Assembly: GCA_964291395.2 (NCBI GenBank)
Contig: OZ219856.1
Location: 288,001 to 352,000, forward strand
DNA: 64,000 nucleotides
Direction: 5' to 3'
Origin: Alphaproteobacteria bacterium
Lineage (GTDB): Bacteria > Pseudomonadota > Alphaproteobacteria > UBA2966
The notes under the pieces were generated by a model. It was given only the letters and a program-made list of their open reading frames with translations, was not told the origin of the DNA and did no database searches. The position numbers and the translations under genes were made by a program. Shown piece after piece: positions 25,791 to 35,320 of this stretch; position 1 is the first letter of the stretch; each line of letters begins with the position of its first letter.

Positions 25791-26666
25791 ATGACACAAG
25801 ACCCGGGTTCCGACGATAATCGCGCCGGGATGGAGGAAACTCCTCCCGCCGGTTCGTCGTCCAAGGCATCGAGCCATTGGCTGGGACTTCCGCCGATAGT
25901 GCTGCGCGTGGGAACTCTGTTTGCGGGCCTCGTGCTTTGGATTCTGCTTGGTGTAGGCGAGGTGTTCCATCCGAGCCTCTTTCCGCCGCCCTGGGACGTG
26001 GGCGCCACCCTGCTCAGCATGATGGCCGATGGGGAGTTGTTTCGACATATCGCCGTGAGCCTGAGCCGGGTCTTTCTCGGTTTCGCGTTCGCGACGCTGA
26101 TCGCCATTCCGTTGGGCATCGCGATGGGTCTGTCAAATCGGGTCTTTCTGTTCGTAGAGCCCCTGGTCGAATTCCTGCGCCCGGTGCCGCCGCTGGCGCT
26201 CGTCCCACTGGCGGTCGTGTGGTTCGGGATCGGTTGGACGTCGAAGGTTTTCCTGATCTTCTACGGATGTTTCTTTGCCATCGTGATCAACACGGTCGCC
26301 GGCATGAAAGCCGTGGAGCCGGTCCACGTGCGGGCTGCCCAAGCGTTGGGGGCAAGCCGCTGGCAAATTCTCATGCACGTCATCCTGCGTTCAGCCGTTC
26401 CGGACATCGTCGTCGGACTGCGATTGGCGATCGGTCTTGCCTTTCTCTTGATCGTAGGCGCAGAACTCATCGCGGCAAGCGAGGGACTCGGTTGGCTGAT
26501 ATGGGACGCGCGATTCCATTTCATGGGCGACAGAATCCTGGTGGGAATGATCGCCATCGGAGTCGTAGGCTTTCTCCTCAACCGACTGTTGCAGATGGTT
26601 GAAACCCATTTGCTTCGTTGGCAGAGCGTTGAAGCGGACGAGGGTAGAGTTGCTGGGTTGAACTGA
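25791..26666 (+). CDS. ABC permease, nitrate/sulfonate/taurine type
   Basis: SLSRV, RPVPPLA, RAAQALGA, AELIAASEGLG. Confidence 0.92.
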   Translation: MTQDPGSDDNRAGMEETPPAGSSSKASSHWLGLPPIVLRVGTLFAGLVLWILLGVGEVFHPSLFPPPWDVGATLLSMMADGELFRHIAVSLSRVFLGFAFATLIAIPLGIAMGLSNRVFLFVEPLVEFLRPVPPLALVPLAVVWFGIGWTSKVFLIFYGCFFAIVINTVAGMKAVEPVHVRAAQALGASRWQILMHVILRSAVPDIVVGLRLAIGLAFLLIVGAELIAASEGLGWLIWDARFHFMGDRILVGMIAIGVVGFLLNRLLQMVETHLLRWQSVEADEGRVAGLN

Positions 26667-26707
26667 ACGTTACACATTTACGGAGGGCGATTGTCCAAGG
26701 GAGGGAG

Positions 26708-27730
26708 ATGATGAACTTACATCGAATGAAATCGCATTGGTTGGTCGGTACGCTTGCCGTCGCGTTTCTCGCCTGTACTCTCGGCGATGGTGCATCCGTT
26801 CGCGCCGAGGACACCAAATTCAAGATCGGATCCTCGCGCGATCTGCAGCTCGGGGCGCAGCTCGGAATTGCCATGCACAAGGGGTTCTTCAAAGAGGAGG
26901 GCCTCGATATCCAGGTCGCCTATTTCACCTCTGGTGCCGAGATGACCTCGGCCTTGGCGGCCGGCCAGCTCCAATTGGGAAGTTTTGGTGATTTTCCCAC
27001 CGTCAACATGATCGCCGGCGATCTGCCCGTGAAGATCATCACGGGCGTGGCTGAAATCTCCGGCACGCAGCAGCTCGTCGTCGCCGAGGGCGTCAATCAG
27101 CCCGAGGACCTCAAGGGCAAGAAGATCGCTCTCACGGTGGGCAGCTCGGCGGAATCGCTCTTTGCGGCAACGCTGAATCACTTCGGAGTTCCCCTCGACT
27201 CGGTCGAGGTCTTGAACATGAGCGCACCGGAGCAGGTTGCGGCCATGGCCCGGGGTGATGTCGACGGTATTACCGTCTGGCAACCCTATGTCCTGCGTGC
27301 CAAGACCCAGGCCGGTGGGCACGCCATGATCTCGGCGCTGCAGTCCTTCATTCCCGGCAAAGAGGGTCCGTTGGACTACTACGCGGCCTATTCGGTTCTC
27401 GTCGTGCGTACGGAATGGCTGGATGAGAACCCGAACACCATGTTGAAGGTTCTTCGAGCCATGAAGAAGGCCCAGGACTACATCAACGCCAACAAGGACG
27501 ATACGGCGAAGACGATGGAGAAGGACATGCGGGCACCCGCAAAAGATCTCCGCGTCTTCCTCGATGAAAACGTCTACGACATGGGGATCGACGCCAAGTT
27601 CGTGCGGACCCTCAACAAGACGGTCGGGTTCATGCACAAGGTGGGCAAGATCAAGTCCAAGCCGAGTGTCGAGAGCTTCATCGATGACTCGTACCTGAAA
27701 CAGGTCCTCCCGGACCGCGTGAGCTATTAG
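26708..27730 (+). CDS. ABC substrate-binding protein, SsuA/NMT1 type
   Basis: Signal peptide, KGFFKEEGLD, DLKGKKIA, GDVDG...WQP. Confidence 0.9.
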   Translation: MMNLHRMKSHWLVGTLAVAFLACTLGDGASVRAEDTKFKIGSSRDLQLGAQLGIAMHKGFFKEEGLDIQVAYFTSGAEMTSALAAGQLQLGSFGDFPTVNMIAGDLPVKIITGVAEISGTQQLVVAEGVNQPEDLKGKKIALTVGSSAESLFAATLNHFGVPLDSVEVLNMSAPEQVAAMARGDVDGITVWQPYVLRAKTQAGGHAMISALQSFIPGKEGPLDYYAAYSVLVVRTEWLDENPNTMLKVLRAMKKAQDYINANKDDTAKTMEKDMRAPAKDLRVFLDENVYDMGIDAKFVRTLNKTVGFMHKVGKIKSKPSVESFIDDSYLKQVLPDRVSY

Positions 27731-27754
27731 TCCATACCAGGCGGAGGTCTTCGG

Positions 27755-27780
27755 GGCCGGGCAGGGGAACTTGCCCGGCC
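27755..27780. terminator. Hairpin between convergent SBP and SDR genes
   Basis: ggccgggcag-gggaa-cttgcccggcc inverted repeat. Confidence 0.5.
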
Positions 27781-27820
27781 TCGTTCCTTCGAATCTGTTG
27801 AAGACATTCGGAGCGGCAGT

Positions 27821-28609
27821 CTAGGTGCCCCGAGTTTGCCCTCCGTCGACGTTGATCGTCGCGCCGGTGACATAGCTGGCGAGGTCGGAGGCCAGAAATA
27901 CCGCCATCGCCGCGATCTCCTCCGGCGTGCCGAAGCGCTTGAGCAGGGTCTCCCCTTCCCATTCGCGTCTCGCCTCTTTCCACGATATCCCGGCTTGTCC
28001 CGTCTGGACCTCCATGGCGTATTGCATGCGCACCGTTTCGATCGGACCGGGGTTGACGGCGTTGACGCGAACGTTGTGCGGCGCCGCGATCTCGGCCAGC
28101 GCCTTGGTGAAATTCTGCAATCCTGCGTTCACCACGCCGGCCGTTACCAGAAAGCTGTGCGGTTGGTGCCCGTGGGTTCCGATGATGTTGACGATCCGCC
28201 CCTGTTTACGCCCGATCATGTGAGGCAGGACCGCACGGGAGCAGCGAATCTGTCCCAGCAGCTTGAGATTCAGGCCATCGATCCAGTCCTGATCGGACAG
28301 CTCGAGGAAACCGCCGTCCTTGGGTCCCGCCAGGGAATTCACGAGGATGTCGACCGAACCGAACGACGCGATTGCGGTCTCGACGAATCGGCGGACATCC
28401 TCGTCCTTCGTGCAATCGGCCGCGATCCCCCGTACCTCCGTGCCCGTCGTGCGCGTGATCTCCTCCGCCATGGTTTCCGCGCGTGCCTCGTCGCGGCCGC
28501 ATAGAGCGACCTGCGCCCCTTCCTCGGCGAACTTCCTGGCCACGGCAGCGCCGATGCCGGTACTCCCGCCGCTCACGAGAGCCACTTTGCCGCGAAGTCC
28601 GGTGTCCAT
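27821..28609 (-). CDS. SDR family oxidoreductase (atypical active site), paralog of 24734-25522
   Basis: SGGSTGIG, DILVNS, VNPGPIET, RFGTPEEIA, VDGG; same length (262 aa) as the paralog. Confidence 0.9.
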   Translation of the reverse strand: MDTGLRGKVALVSGGSTGIGAAVARKFAEEGAQVALCGRDEARAETMAEEITRTTGTEVRGIAADCTKDEDVRRFVETAIASFGSVDILVNSLAGPKDGGFLELSDQDWIDGLNLKLLGQIRCSRAVLPHMIGRKQGRIVNIIGTHGHQPHSFLVTAGVVNAGLQNFTKALAEIAAPHNVRVNAVNPGPIETVRMQYAMEVQTGQAGISWKEARREWEGETLLKRFGTPEEIAAMAVFLASDLASYVTGATINVDGGQTRGT

Positions 28610-28636
28610 TTCCGTTTCCCTTTACGGTTCCGGGTT

Positions 28637-29458
28637 TCAGCGGATGAGGGCGCCGTAGGCGTCGGGCCGCCGGTCGCGGTAGAAGAGCCAGCTGTTTCGA
28701 ATCTCCGCCACTTCGGCGAGGTCGATGTCGGCGACGAGCACTTCGTCGTCCTCGCTGCCGGCTTGGGCGACGATGTTGCCCCGCGGATCGCATATGAGGC
28801 TTGATCCGTAGAAGGGATCGCCGTTCTCCTCGCCGACCCGGTTGATCGCGGCGATGAAGACCTGGTTGGCGATGGCCATCGCCATGAGTTCCTTCATGAA
28901 TACCTCTCGGGCCTGGAGCCGGGGGCTCGCGACGGGAATCAAAACCAGCTCCGCTCCTGCCAGACCGAGGGCTCTCGCGGCCTCGGGGAAGTGGCGGTCA
29001 TAGCAAATGAGGATGCCGATCTTGCCGAACGGCGTCTCGAATACGGGGAAGCCCAGGTTGCCGGGCTTGAAATAGAACTTCTCGATGATGTGCCGGCTGT
29101 GCGGGATGTGCATCTTGCGAAATTTGCCGATGATGTCGCCGTCCGGTCCGATCAGCGCCGCCGAGTTGTAGTAAACGCCGGCGATTTCCCGCTCGTAGAC
29201 CGGCGCCATGATCAACAGGCCGTGCCGGTGCGCTTTCTCGGCGACCGCGTCCGTGGCCGGGCCGGGGATGGGCTCGGCCAGATCCAGGAACCGTTCGTCA
29301 CGCTCACGGTTGGGAAAGTAGGGAAGGTTGAAGAGTTCCTGCAGAGCGACGATCTGGGCACCTTCCGCGGTCGCCTCGTCGATGAGCGAGAGGGCGCGCT
29401 CGAGGTTGGCCGCCGGGTCGTCCCCGCAGTGCATTTGTATCAGCGCAAGCCGGGTCAT
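28637..29458 (-). CDS. Carbon-nitrogen hydrolase (beta-ureidopropionase / N-carbamoyl amidase-like)
   Basis: Glu-Lys-Cys triad: LQELF, RKMHIP, ICYDRHFPE; FYRDRRP C-terminus. Confidence 0.9.
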   Translation of the reverse strand: MTRLALIQMHCGDDPAANLERALSLIDEATAEGAQIVALQELFNLPYFPNRERDERFLDLAEPIPGPATDAVAEKAHRHGLLIMAPVYEREIAGVYYNSAALIGPDGDIIGKFRKMHIPHSRHIIEKFYFKPGNLGFPVFETPFGKIGILICYDRHFPEAARALGLAGAELVLIPVASPRLQAREVFMKELMAMAIANQVFIAAINRVGEENGDPFYGSSLICDPRGNIVAQAGSEDDEVLVADIDLAEVAEIRNSWLFYRDRRPDAYGALIR

Positions 29459-29484
29459 GAACGCGCCTCTCGATAGTCCTGCCG

Positions 29485-30378
29485 CTACGGTGCCGAACGG
29501 GCCTCTGCCGCGTCGCAGGCCGCCACGAACCAGTCGGTGATCTCGCTCCCGGTCATCACCACCGTGTCTTCGCGCGCCGCCAGCCAGTCGAAGGTCGCCC
29601 ACAGAGCGGGAAGGCGATGGGGGACACAGGCGACGTGAGGGTGCAGCGGCAGCGTCAGCACACGGGGCCGCTCTTCGAGTTCGGGCTCGAACGTACGGAC
29701 CATGTCGCGGACTCTGGTGAAATATTCCGCCGCCGATTGGTGGTCGTTGGACCAGATGGCGACGTCGTTCATGTCGAGTCCGCCGTAGGGCACGGAGAGC
29801 AACCGTCCGTTCGGTGTCTCGAGCCAATCGGGGAAATCGTCGATGACCCAGTCCATGACATAGTCGATCCCGGCGGCCTTGAGATGACCCAGCGTGTCGA
29901 AGGTCTCGGCAAGGCCGGGGCCGAGCCAGCCGCGTGGCCGCGTGCCGAAAAACTCTTCGATCTGACTGAGGCAACGCTCGATGACCGCGGCTTCGTCGTC
30001 TTCCATGAACAGCATGCGCTGGGTCACCCCATGGCCGACGATCTCGCAGTCCATGTCGCGCAGCGCGGCGGCGAGAGCCGGGTATTCCGTGATGATCGCC
30101 GAGTTGAGGTTGATGCCGACGCGGAGACCGCGGTCGGCGCAACCACGGATGAAGCGGGACATGCCGGTGCGCAACCCGTATTCGACCCAGCTGTAGTTGG
30201 GAATGTCGGGGACCGGATCCTGGCCGTAGGGCGTCGACAGAAGCTTGCGCGGCAATGGCTTGTCGAACGGCCAACATTCGACGTTCATGACGATCTGAAC
30301 GATGAGCGGTTTGCCGCCGGGGCCTTCAAGGCGGGGCTGGGCATCGATCATGCGGTACGCGACGAACGGGTTCGCCAT
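29485..30378 (-). CDS. Polysaccharide-deacetylase-fold protein, PuuE (allantoinase)-like
   Basis: MNVE, NYSWVEYGLRTG, EIVGHG, PRGWLGPG, LHPH. Confidence 0.85.
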   Translation of the reverse strand: MANPFVAYRMIDAQPRLEGPGGKPLIVQIVMNVECWPFDKPLPRKLLSTPYGQDPVPDIPNYSWVEYGLRTGMSRFIRGCADRGLRVGINLNSAIITEYPALAAALRDMDCEIVGHGVTQRMLFMEDDEAAVIERCLSQIEEFFGTRPRGWLGPGLAETFDTLGHLKAAGIDYVMDWVIDDFPDWLETPNGRLLSVPYGGLDMNDVAIWSNDHQSAAEYFTRVRDMVRTFEPELEERPRVLTLPLHPHVACVPHRLPALWATFDWLAAREDTVVMTGSEITDWFVAACDAAEARSAP

Positions 30379-30402
30379 GCCGGATCTCTCCCTGCGGCGC
30401 GC

Positions 30403-31191
30403 TTACGCTTCCTCGTACTCTTCGCGCGATTTCGCCATCTCGACCCTGAGCGTCGCGTCCACGTGCCGGTAGAGCTCGAAATACTCCCCGCTCGACCGGT
30501 CGCGTAGCCGTTCGAGATCCACCTCGACGATGTCCTTCACGCGGCCCGGGTGGGCGCTGAGGATGACGATCCGATCGGCCAGATACACGGCCTCGGCGAT
30601 GCTGTGGGTGACGAAGACGCAGGTCTTCTTGTCCAGCTCCCAGATGCGCAGAAGCTCCTCCTGCATGGTCTCGCGCGTCATCGCGTCGAGGGCACCGAAC
30701 GGCTCGTCCATCAGCAGAATGTCGGGTCCGTTGGCCAAGGACCTGGCGATGCTGACCCGCTGCTTCATGCCGCCGGAGAGCTCGCCGGGATAGTGGTGCT
30801 CGAACCCGGTCAGATGAACGAGATCCACGTAGTGCCGCACGATGTCTTCCTGTTCCCGCTTCGAGGCCCCCCGCATGCGAGGCCCGAAGGCGATGTTCTG
30901 GGACACCGTGAACCAGGGAAAGATACCGTACTCCTGAAACACCACGCCCCGGTCCGGGCCGGGGGCCGAAACGGGGGTGCCGTTCACCAGAACGGAACCG
31001 GACGTGGGCTGGAGGAACCCGGCGATCAGGTTGAGAAGTGTCGTCTTGCCGCAGCCGCTCGGACCGAGCAAGCAGACGAACTCACCCGTGGCGATCGAGA
31101 GGTCGATGTCTTCGAGTGCCGTCACGCTCCGTTCCAAGCGATCGCTGACATAGATCATGTTCAAGTCGGTGATGTGGACTTTTTCGCTCAT
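30403..31191 (-). CDS. ABC ATP-binding protein, nitrate/sulfonate/taurine type
   Basis: GPSGCGKT, LSGGMKQR, LLMDEPFGALD, VTHS. Confidence 0.94.
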   Translation of the reverse strand: MSEKVHITDLNMIYVSDRLERSVTALEDIDLSIATGEFVCLLGPSGCGKTTLLNLIAGFLQPTSGSVLVNGTPVSAPGPDRGVVFQEYGIFPWFTVSQNIAFGPRMRGASKREQEDIVRHYVDLVHLTGFEHHYPGELSGGMKQRVSIARSLANGPDILLMDEPFGALDAMTRETMQEELLRIWELDKKTCVFVTHSIAEAVYLADRIVILSAHPGRVKDIVEVDLERLRDRSSGEYFELYRHVDATLRVEMAKSREEYEEA

Positions 31192-31244
31192 GAACGCCTT
31201 GCCTCGCGCCGGTCAGCCGGATCGTAAAACCGGAGGAGTACCGG

Positions 31245-32096
31245 TCAGGTATTCTGGTCAAGCGTCTCCCGGTAGGGGATCCACTTGCTTTCGAGCCACA
31301 GCAGGCCCTTGTTGATGAAGTAGCCGATAACGCCGATCACGACGATCCCGACCATGATCTGCTCGGTCCTCAGCTGATAGCGCCCGTCTTGAATGAGAAA
31401 GCCGAGCCCGGCATCCGCCAGGATGAGCTCGGCCGCGACCAGCACGATGAACGCCATTCCCGCTCCCAGACGCAATCCTACGACGACGCGGGGCAGGGCG
31501 CTGCGCATGATCACATGCCAGAAGATCTGTTGCCGGCTGACGCCCAGGGTCAGGGCCGCCCAGATGTGCACCCGTTCGACGCCGCGAAAGCCGCTGACGG
31601 TGTTGAGCACGATGGGGAAGAACGCCCCATACATGATGATCGCGACCTTCGATTCTTCACCGAGGCCGAGCCACATGATGGCCAATGGGATCCAGGCGAT
31701 GGGTGGAATTGGGCGCACCAGCTCGATCCAGGGATCGACCAGGTGGAACATGGGACGCCAAAGCCCGATCAGCATCCCCAGCGGAAGTGCGACGAGCACC
31801 GCGAGCAGGAACCCGGCGATGACACGGCCGAGGCTGACGACGATGTGCACGAACAACGTGCCGTCGACCACCATCTCGACCATGAGACTGAATACCCGCG
31901 CCGGCCCGGGAAGGAAGAACTCCGTGACCCACTGGGCGCTCACCACGAGCTGCCAAACGATGAACAGCCCGGCGAGTGAGATCAGGGTATAGAGATACGT
32001 GCTCCGCCCGCGCCTTGTCACGGCCTTCGTCCGAGGCGTTTCGACATCTTGAGTTGCGTCACCGCTGGTCAACGGCGCTGTCCCCAGATACGACAC
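31245..32096 (-). CDS. ABC permease, nitrate/sulfonate/taurine type
   Basis: SLGRV, RPIPPIAWIP, AALTLG, AAELI...GLG. Confidence 0.92.
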   Translation of the reverse strand: MSYLGTAPLTSGDATQDVETPRTKAVTRRGRSTYLYTLISLAGLFIVWQLVVSAQWVTEFFLPGPARVFSLMVEMVVDGTLFVHIVVSLGRVIAGFLLAVLVALPLGMLIGLWRPMFHLVDPWIELVRPIPPIAWIPLAIMWLGLGEESKVAIIMYGAFFPIVLNTVSGFRGVERVHIWAALTLGVSRQQIFWHVIMRSALPRVVVGLRLGAGMAFIVLVAAELILADAGLGFLIQDGRYQLRTEQIMVGIVVIGVIGYFINKGLLWLESKWIPYRETLDQNT

Positions 32097-32178
32097 ACGG
32101 TCCTGCGAGCGTAGGGACCGGCCTATACCCTGTCAATTGAAGGGCGTTGCCGACGAGCAGGTCGGTGAGGCGAGCTCC

Positions 32179-32637
32179 TCAGATCGGGATGTGGGAACCG
32201 GAGGCCAGGCGTCGGGTGTCGAGCACCACCTCGCGGCTGGCCAGAAGGGGCGTGCAGCCACCGGTCGTGACCTGGTCCTTGTAGGTTCCGACCGCGAACA
32301 GGCACGTGTCTCCGTCGTACCACGTGTGATAGACGGTCACGGTGCTGCGGACGGGCACCACCCCGTTCGCGGCCGCCCCGATCCGGATCATGCTGGCGAC
32401 GCGCCGCATATGCGCGATGGCGACTTCGTGGGTTTCCACCGCCTTCAGCAATTCCAGGAGGTCGTCGCGGGTCTGGAACATCCACTCCATGGGTTTGCGC
32501 AGTTCCTCGCTGTACGCCGTGATGCGATAGGTGAATTCCGGCGCGCAGAGGGCGATGTAGTCGTCGAATCGCTCCTCGTCCAAAAGGGCGCACGAATCGT
32601 AGATCAGATCGGAAATGCGGCCCCGATCGATTGTCAA
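32179..32637 (-). CDS. Ring-hydroxylating oxygenase beta subunit, MsmB-like
   Basis: LIYDSCALLD, YRITAYSEELRK, VGTYKD, REVVLDTR; directly follows the Rieske alpha subunit. Confidence 0.8.
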   Translation of the reverse strand: MTIDRGRISDLIYDSCALLDEERFDDYIALCAPEFTYRITAYSEELRKPMEWMFQTRDDLLELLKAVETHEVAIAHMRRVASMIRIGAAANGVVPVRSTVTVYHTWYDGDTCLFAVGTYKDQVTTGGCTPLLASREVVLDTRRLASGSHIPI

Positions 32638-32656
32638 TGAGGGTCTCCCAAACGCC

Positions 32657-33868
32657 TCATTCCGCGGCTTCCGGAAGGACGGGTCCGAACGGTTGGCTCT
32701 GATCCCGTCCCATCAGGCGCGACCACTCCTTCCACCACGTCCGGGCCGCGACATCGTCCTGGGACAGGTTATCTTCCTCCCGGCACCAGTAGGTGTAGGG
32801 CACCTGACCGCCGTAAATCGCTTCCCGCTGGAGGGTCACGCCGAGGCAGTCCTCGGGGAGATTGCGGCCGAACGGACCCCAGATCGAATGGTAGTCCCGG
32901 ATGCGGCGCATACGGTTTTCTTCCGACTCTCCCTTGATACCGAGAGCCCGGTACTGCACCAGGGTCTCGGTCGGCGTCAGCGGAATCTGGTTGTCGATTC
33001 GGACGACCGTACCGCGCGCCAGGAACGTGAGGTCGGGAAAGACGTCCGTGATCTGGAATTCATCCTCCTTCATGCCGGGCAGGGCGAGACTGTCGTCCCG
33101 GTTTTCCCAGCCGGGATACTTGTCGTACTCCACCGAGTAGCGGTCGACCGTAAAATGCCCGTTCGGGAAGGTATGCCAGTTGCGGCTGTAATACTCGGGA
33201 ATCTGGAGGCTGGTCTTGCGGTTCGCGACGTGCATGAACTCGTGGTAGAGATCCATATTGGTCTCCATCCAGTTCTTCCAGTTGCATTTCAGGTTCAACT
33301 CGAAGAAATCGATGACCTCCATCTCGACGGTGTCGATCATCTCCCTTTGCAGGAACATGCTGTCGCCGATGTATTCCTCGAGCGGCATGCAGTCCTCGTC
33401 GAGGTTCACGAACACCAGGCCGTAGATGAGCCCGGTCCGCACCTCACGCAACCCGCAGGCGTCCTGGCGCAAGCCAACCGCGTCGAAGGCCTTCGGGCGG
33501 GGGCGGCTGATGCATTCCCCCGTGGTCGGGTCGTACGTCCAGAGATGATACATGCACTGCCAGGCCCGCAGATTGCCGGCGGGCCGCCGCAGCACCGCCG
33601 CGCCGCGATGGGAGCAGGAGTTGACGAAGCTTCGGACCACACCGTCCTTGCCGCGCGCGACCACGAGGGGTGTGTCCGCCACCGACGCCGTGCGGTAGTC
33701 GTACGCTTCGGGAATCTCGCTCTCGTGCAGAACGAAGCGCCAGGTTTTCGAAAGGATCTTCTCCTTCTCCTCCGCGAAGATGCCTTGGTCATGGTAAACC
33801 CGGTTGTCGACGAAATGGGTGCTCGGCAATTGGGGCGGGCGGGTGTATTCGGCGGCGGTGCGGGACAT
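32657..33868 (-). CDS. Rieske non-heme iron oxygenase alpha subunit, MsmA-like
   Basis: Rieske CSH-x17-CMYH; mononuclear Fe site DLYHEFMH; WGPFGRNLPED and HESE...YDYRT motifs recalled from MsmA. Confidence 0.88.
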   Translation of the reverse strand: MSRTAAEYTRPPQLPSTHFVDNRVYHDQGIFAEEKEKILSKTWRFVLHESEIPEAYDYRTASVADTPLVVARGKDGVVRSFVNSCSHRGAAVLRRPAGNLRAWQCMYHLWTYDPTTGECISRPRPKAFDAVGLRQDACGLREVRTGLIYGLVFVNLDEDCMPLEEYIGDSMFLQREMIDTVEMEVIDFFELNLKCNWKNWMETNMDLYHEFMHVANRKTSLQIPEYYSRNWHTFPNGHFTVDRYSVEYDKYPGWENRDDSLALPGMKEDEFQITDVFPDLTFLARGTVVRIDNQIPLTPTETLVQYRALGIKGESEENRMRRIRDYHSIWGPFGRNLPEDCLGVTLQREAIYGGQVPYTYWCREEDNLSQDDVAARTWWKEWSRLMGRDQSQPFGPVLPEAAE

Positions 33869-33913
33869 CCCGATGCTCCTTCAGGTTCGACTTGAGCCAC
33901 ACGAATGCGCGAT

Positions 33914-35287
33914 TCAGGCGGTTCGCGCATGCAAAGGAGGCGTGACCTGATCGCCGCCCATGATTTCGGCGACCTTCTCGCGGGTGTAGACGTTACTCCA
34001 CATGCTGTAGGACTTCTCGAGGGTCGTCGGCTTGATATCGTCGTTGAGATCGAGTTCGACGGGCTCGCCCTCGATCAGCACATCCTTGATTCGGGACTTG
34101 TCCTGAAGGACCCGCACGTCCGCAAGCGGATCGCCGTCGACCACCAGAATGTCGGCGCGGCGGCCCGGTTCCAGCAGGCCTACCTCGTCGCCGCGGCGGA
34201 CGAATTCCGCATTGACGCGCGTGGCGCTCTGGAGCGCCTCTGCGGGCGAGAATCCGAGATATATCACGTAGTGCTCCAGCTCGCGGGCGTTCCATTCGCC
34301 GTAGGGCGTGACGGCGAAACCGCAATCGGTTCCATAGAGGAAGGGCACGCCGGCTTCCCGCGCCTTGGGCAGGACGATCCGGGCCGATTCAAGTTCCCGC
34401 CTGTGGGCATCGGGGAAGCCTGGATAGCACCCGTCGCCGGGTTGGGTGAAGTCGATGTCATTGACCACGAGGCTGAGGGTTGGGCAGATGTAGCAGCCGT
34501 TCTCCACGATCGCTTCGAGACCTTCGTCATCCATCCATGAGCCGTGCAGGATCACGTCGACGCCGGCCCGAGCCGAGTAGAGAATGGCCTCCGCCCCCCT
34601 GGCATGCACGACGACCTTCTTTCCGAGCCGGTGCGCTTCCGTGACCATCGCCGTGGTCTCTTCCTGGTTATAGCCCGAGATCAGCCCCGTCGCCGGGTTC
34701 ATGGCATCGCCGTCCATGGCGATCTTGATGAAGTCCACGCCCTGCTTCACCTGGGTCCGGATCTCGGCGATACCTTCCTCTGCTGTGCGGGCGAGGACGC
34801 CGATGGAGGTCTCGGGGACGCCGATGAACGTGGGATACCAGTCGGACAGGCCTTGACGGTTGGTGATTTGCCGGCCCGACGTCGTCACCCGTGGTCCGAT
34901 GAACATGCCGGACTCGATAGCATCGCGGATGGCCAATGTGACCACGCCGGTGGTCGCCGGATCGGCAATCGACGTGAAGCCCGCCTCGAGGACTCGCTGG
35001 GCCGAGTAAAGGCCCCGCAACGCCCGGAATTCGACCGGCGCAAAGAGGTCGATGTCTTCCTCGGTCCGGGCGTTCCCATAGGACAGGTGAACGTGGGCGT
35101 CGATCAGGCCGGGGAGCACGAAGTAGTCGGAATAATCGAGCGTTTCGTCGCCGCCGACAGGGGGCGGCGCCTGGTCCGAGGGTCCGATGAAGGTGATGAG
35201 GCCGTCTTCGGCGACGAGGGTTTGATCAGCCTTCGCGCTGTCCTCCGCGGCCGTGAACAGCTTGCCGCACTTGATGTACCGCTTCAT
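33914..35287 (-). CDS. Metal-dependent amidohydrolase (prolidase-like subgroup)
   Basis: PGLIDAHVHL, GVDFIK, VVVHA, ILHG, YGTDCG, GRRADIL. Confidence 0.9.
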   Translation of the reverse strand: MKRYIKCGKLFTAAEDSAKADQTLVAEDGLITFIGPSDQAPPPVGGDETLDYSDYFVLPGLIDAHVHLSYGNARTEEDIDLFAPVEFRALRGLYSAQRVLEAGFTSIADPATTGVVTLAIRDAIESGMFIGPRVTTSGRQITNRQGLSDWYPTFIGVPETSIGVLARTAEEGIAEIRTQVKQGVDFIKIAMDGDAMNPATGLISGYNQEETTAMVTEAHRLGKKVVVHARGAEAILYSARAGVDVILHGSWMDDEGLEAIVENGCYICPTLSLVVNDIDFTQPGDGCYPGFPDAHRRELESARIVLPKAREAGVPFLYGTDCGFAVTPYGEWNARELEHYVIYLGFSPAEALQSATRVNAEFVRRGDEVGLLEPGRRADILVVDGDPLADVRVLQDKSRIKDVLIEGEPVELDLNDDIKPTTLEKSYSMWSNVYTREKVAEIMGGDQVTPPLHARTA

Positions 35288-35320
35288 ATCAAGGGTCCCT
35301 TTTCGGCCGCTTTCGGGTTC

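Noticed and set aside
32179-33868. Assigning the gene symbols msmA/msmB
   Set aside because: Short Rieske spacer, missing msmCD and the different context make orthology unsupported.
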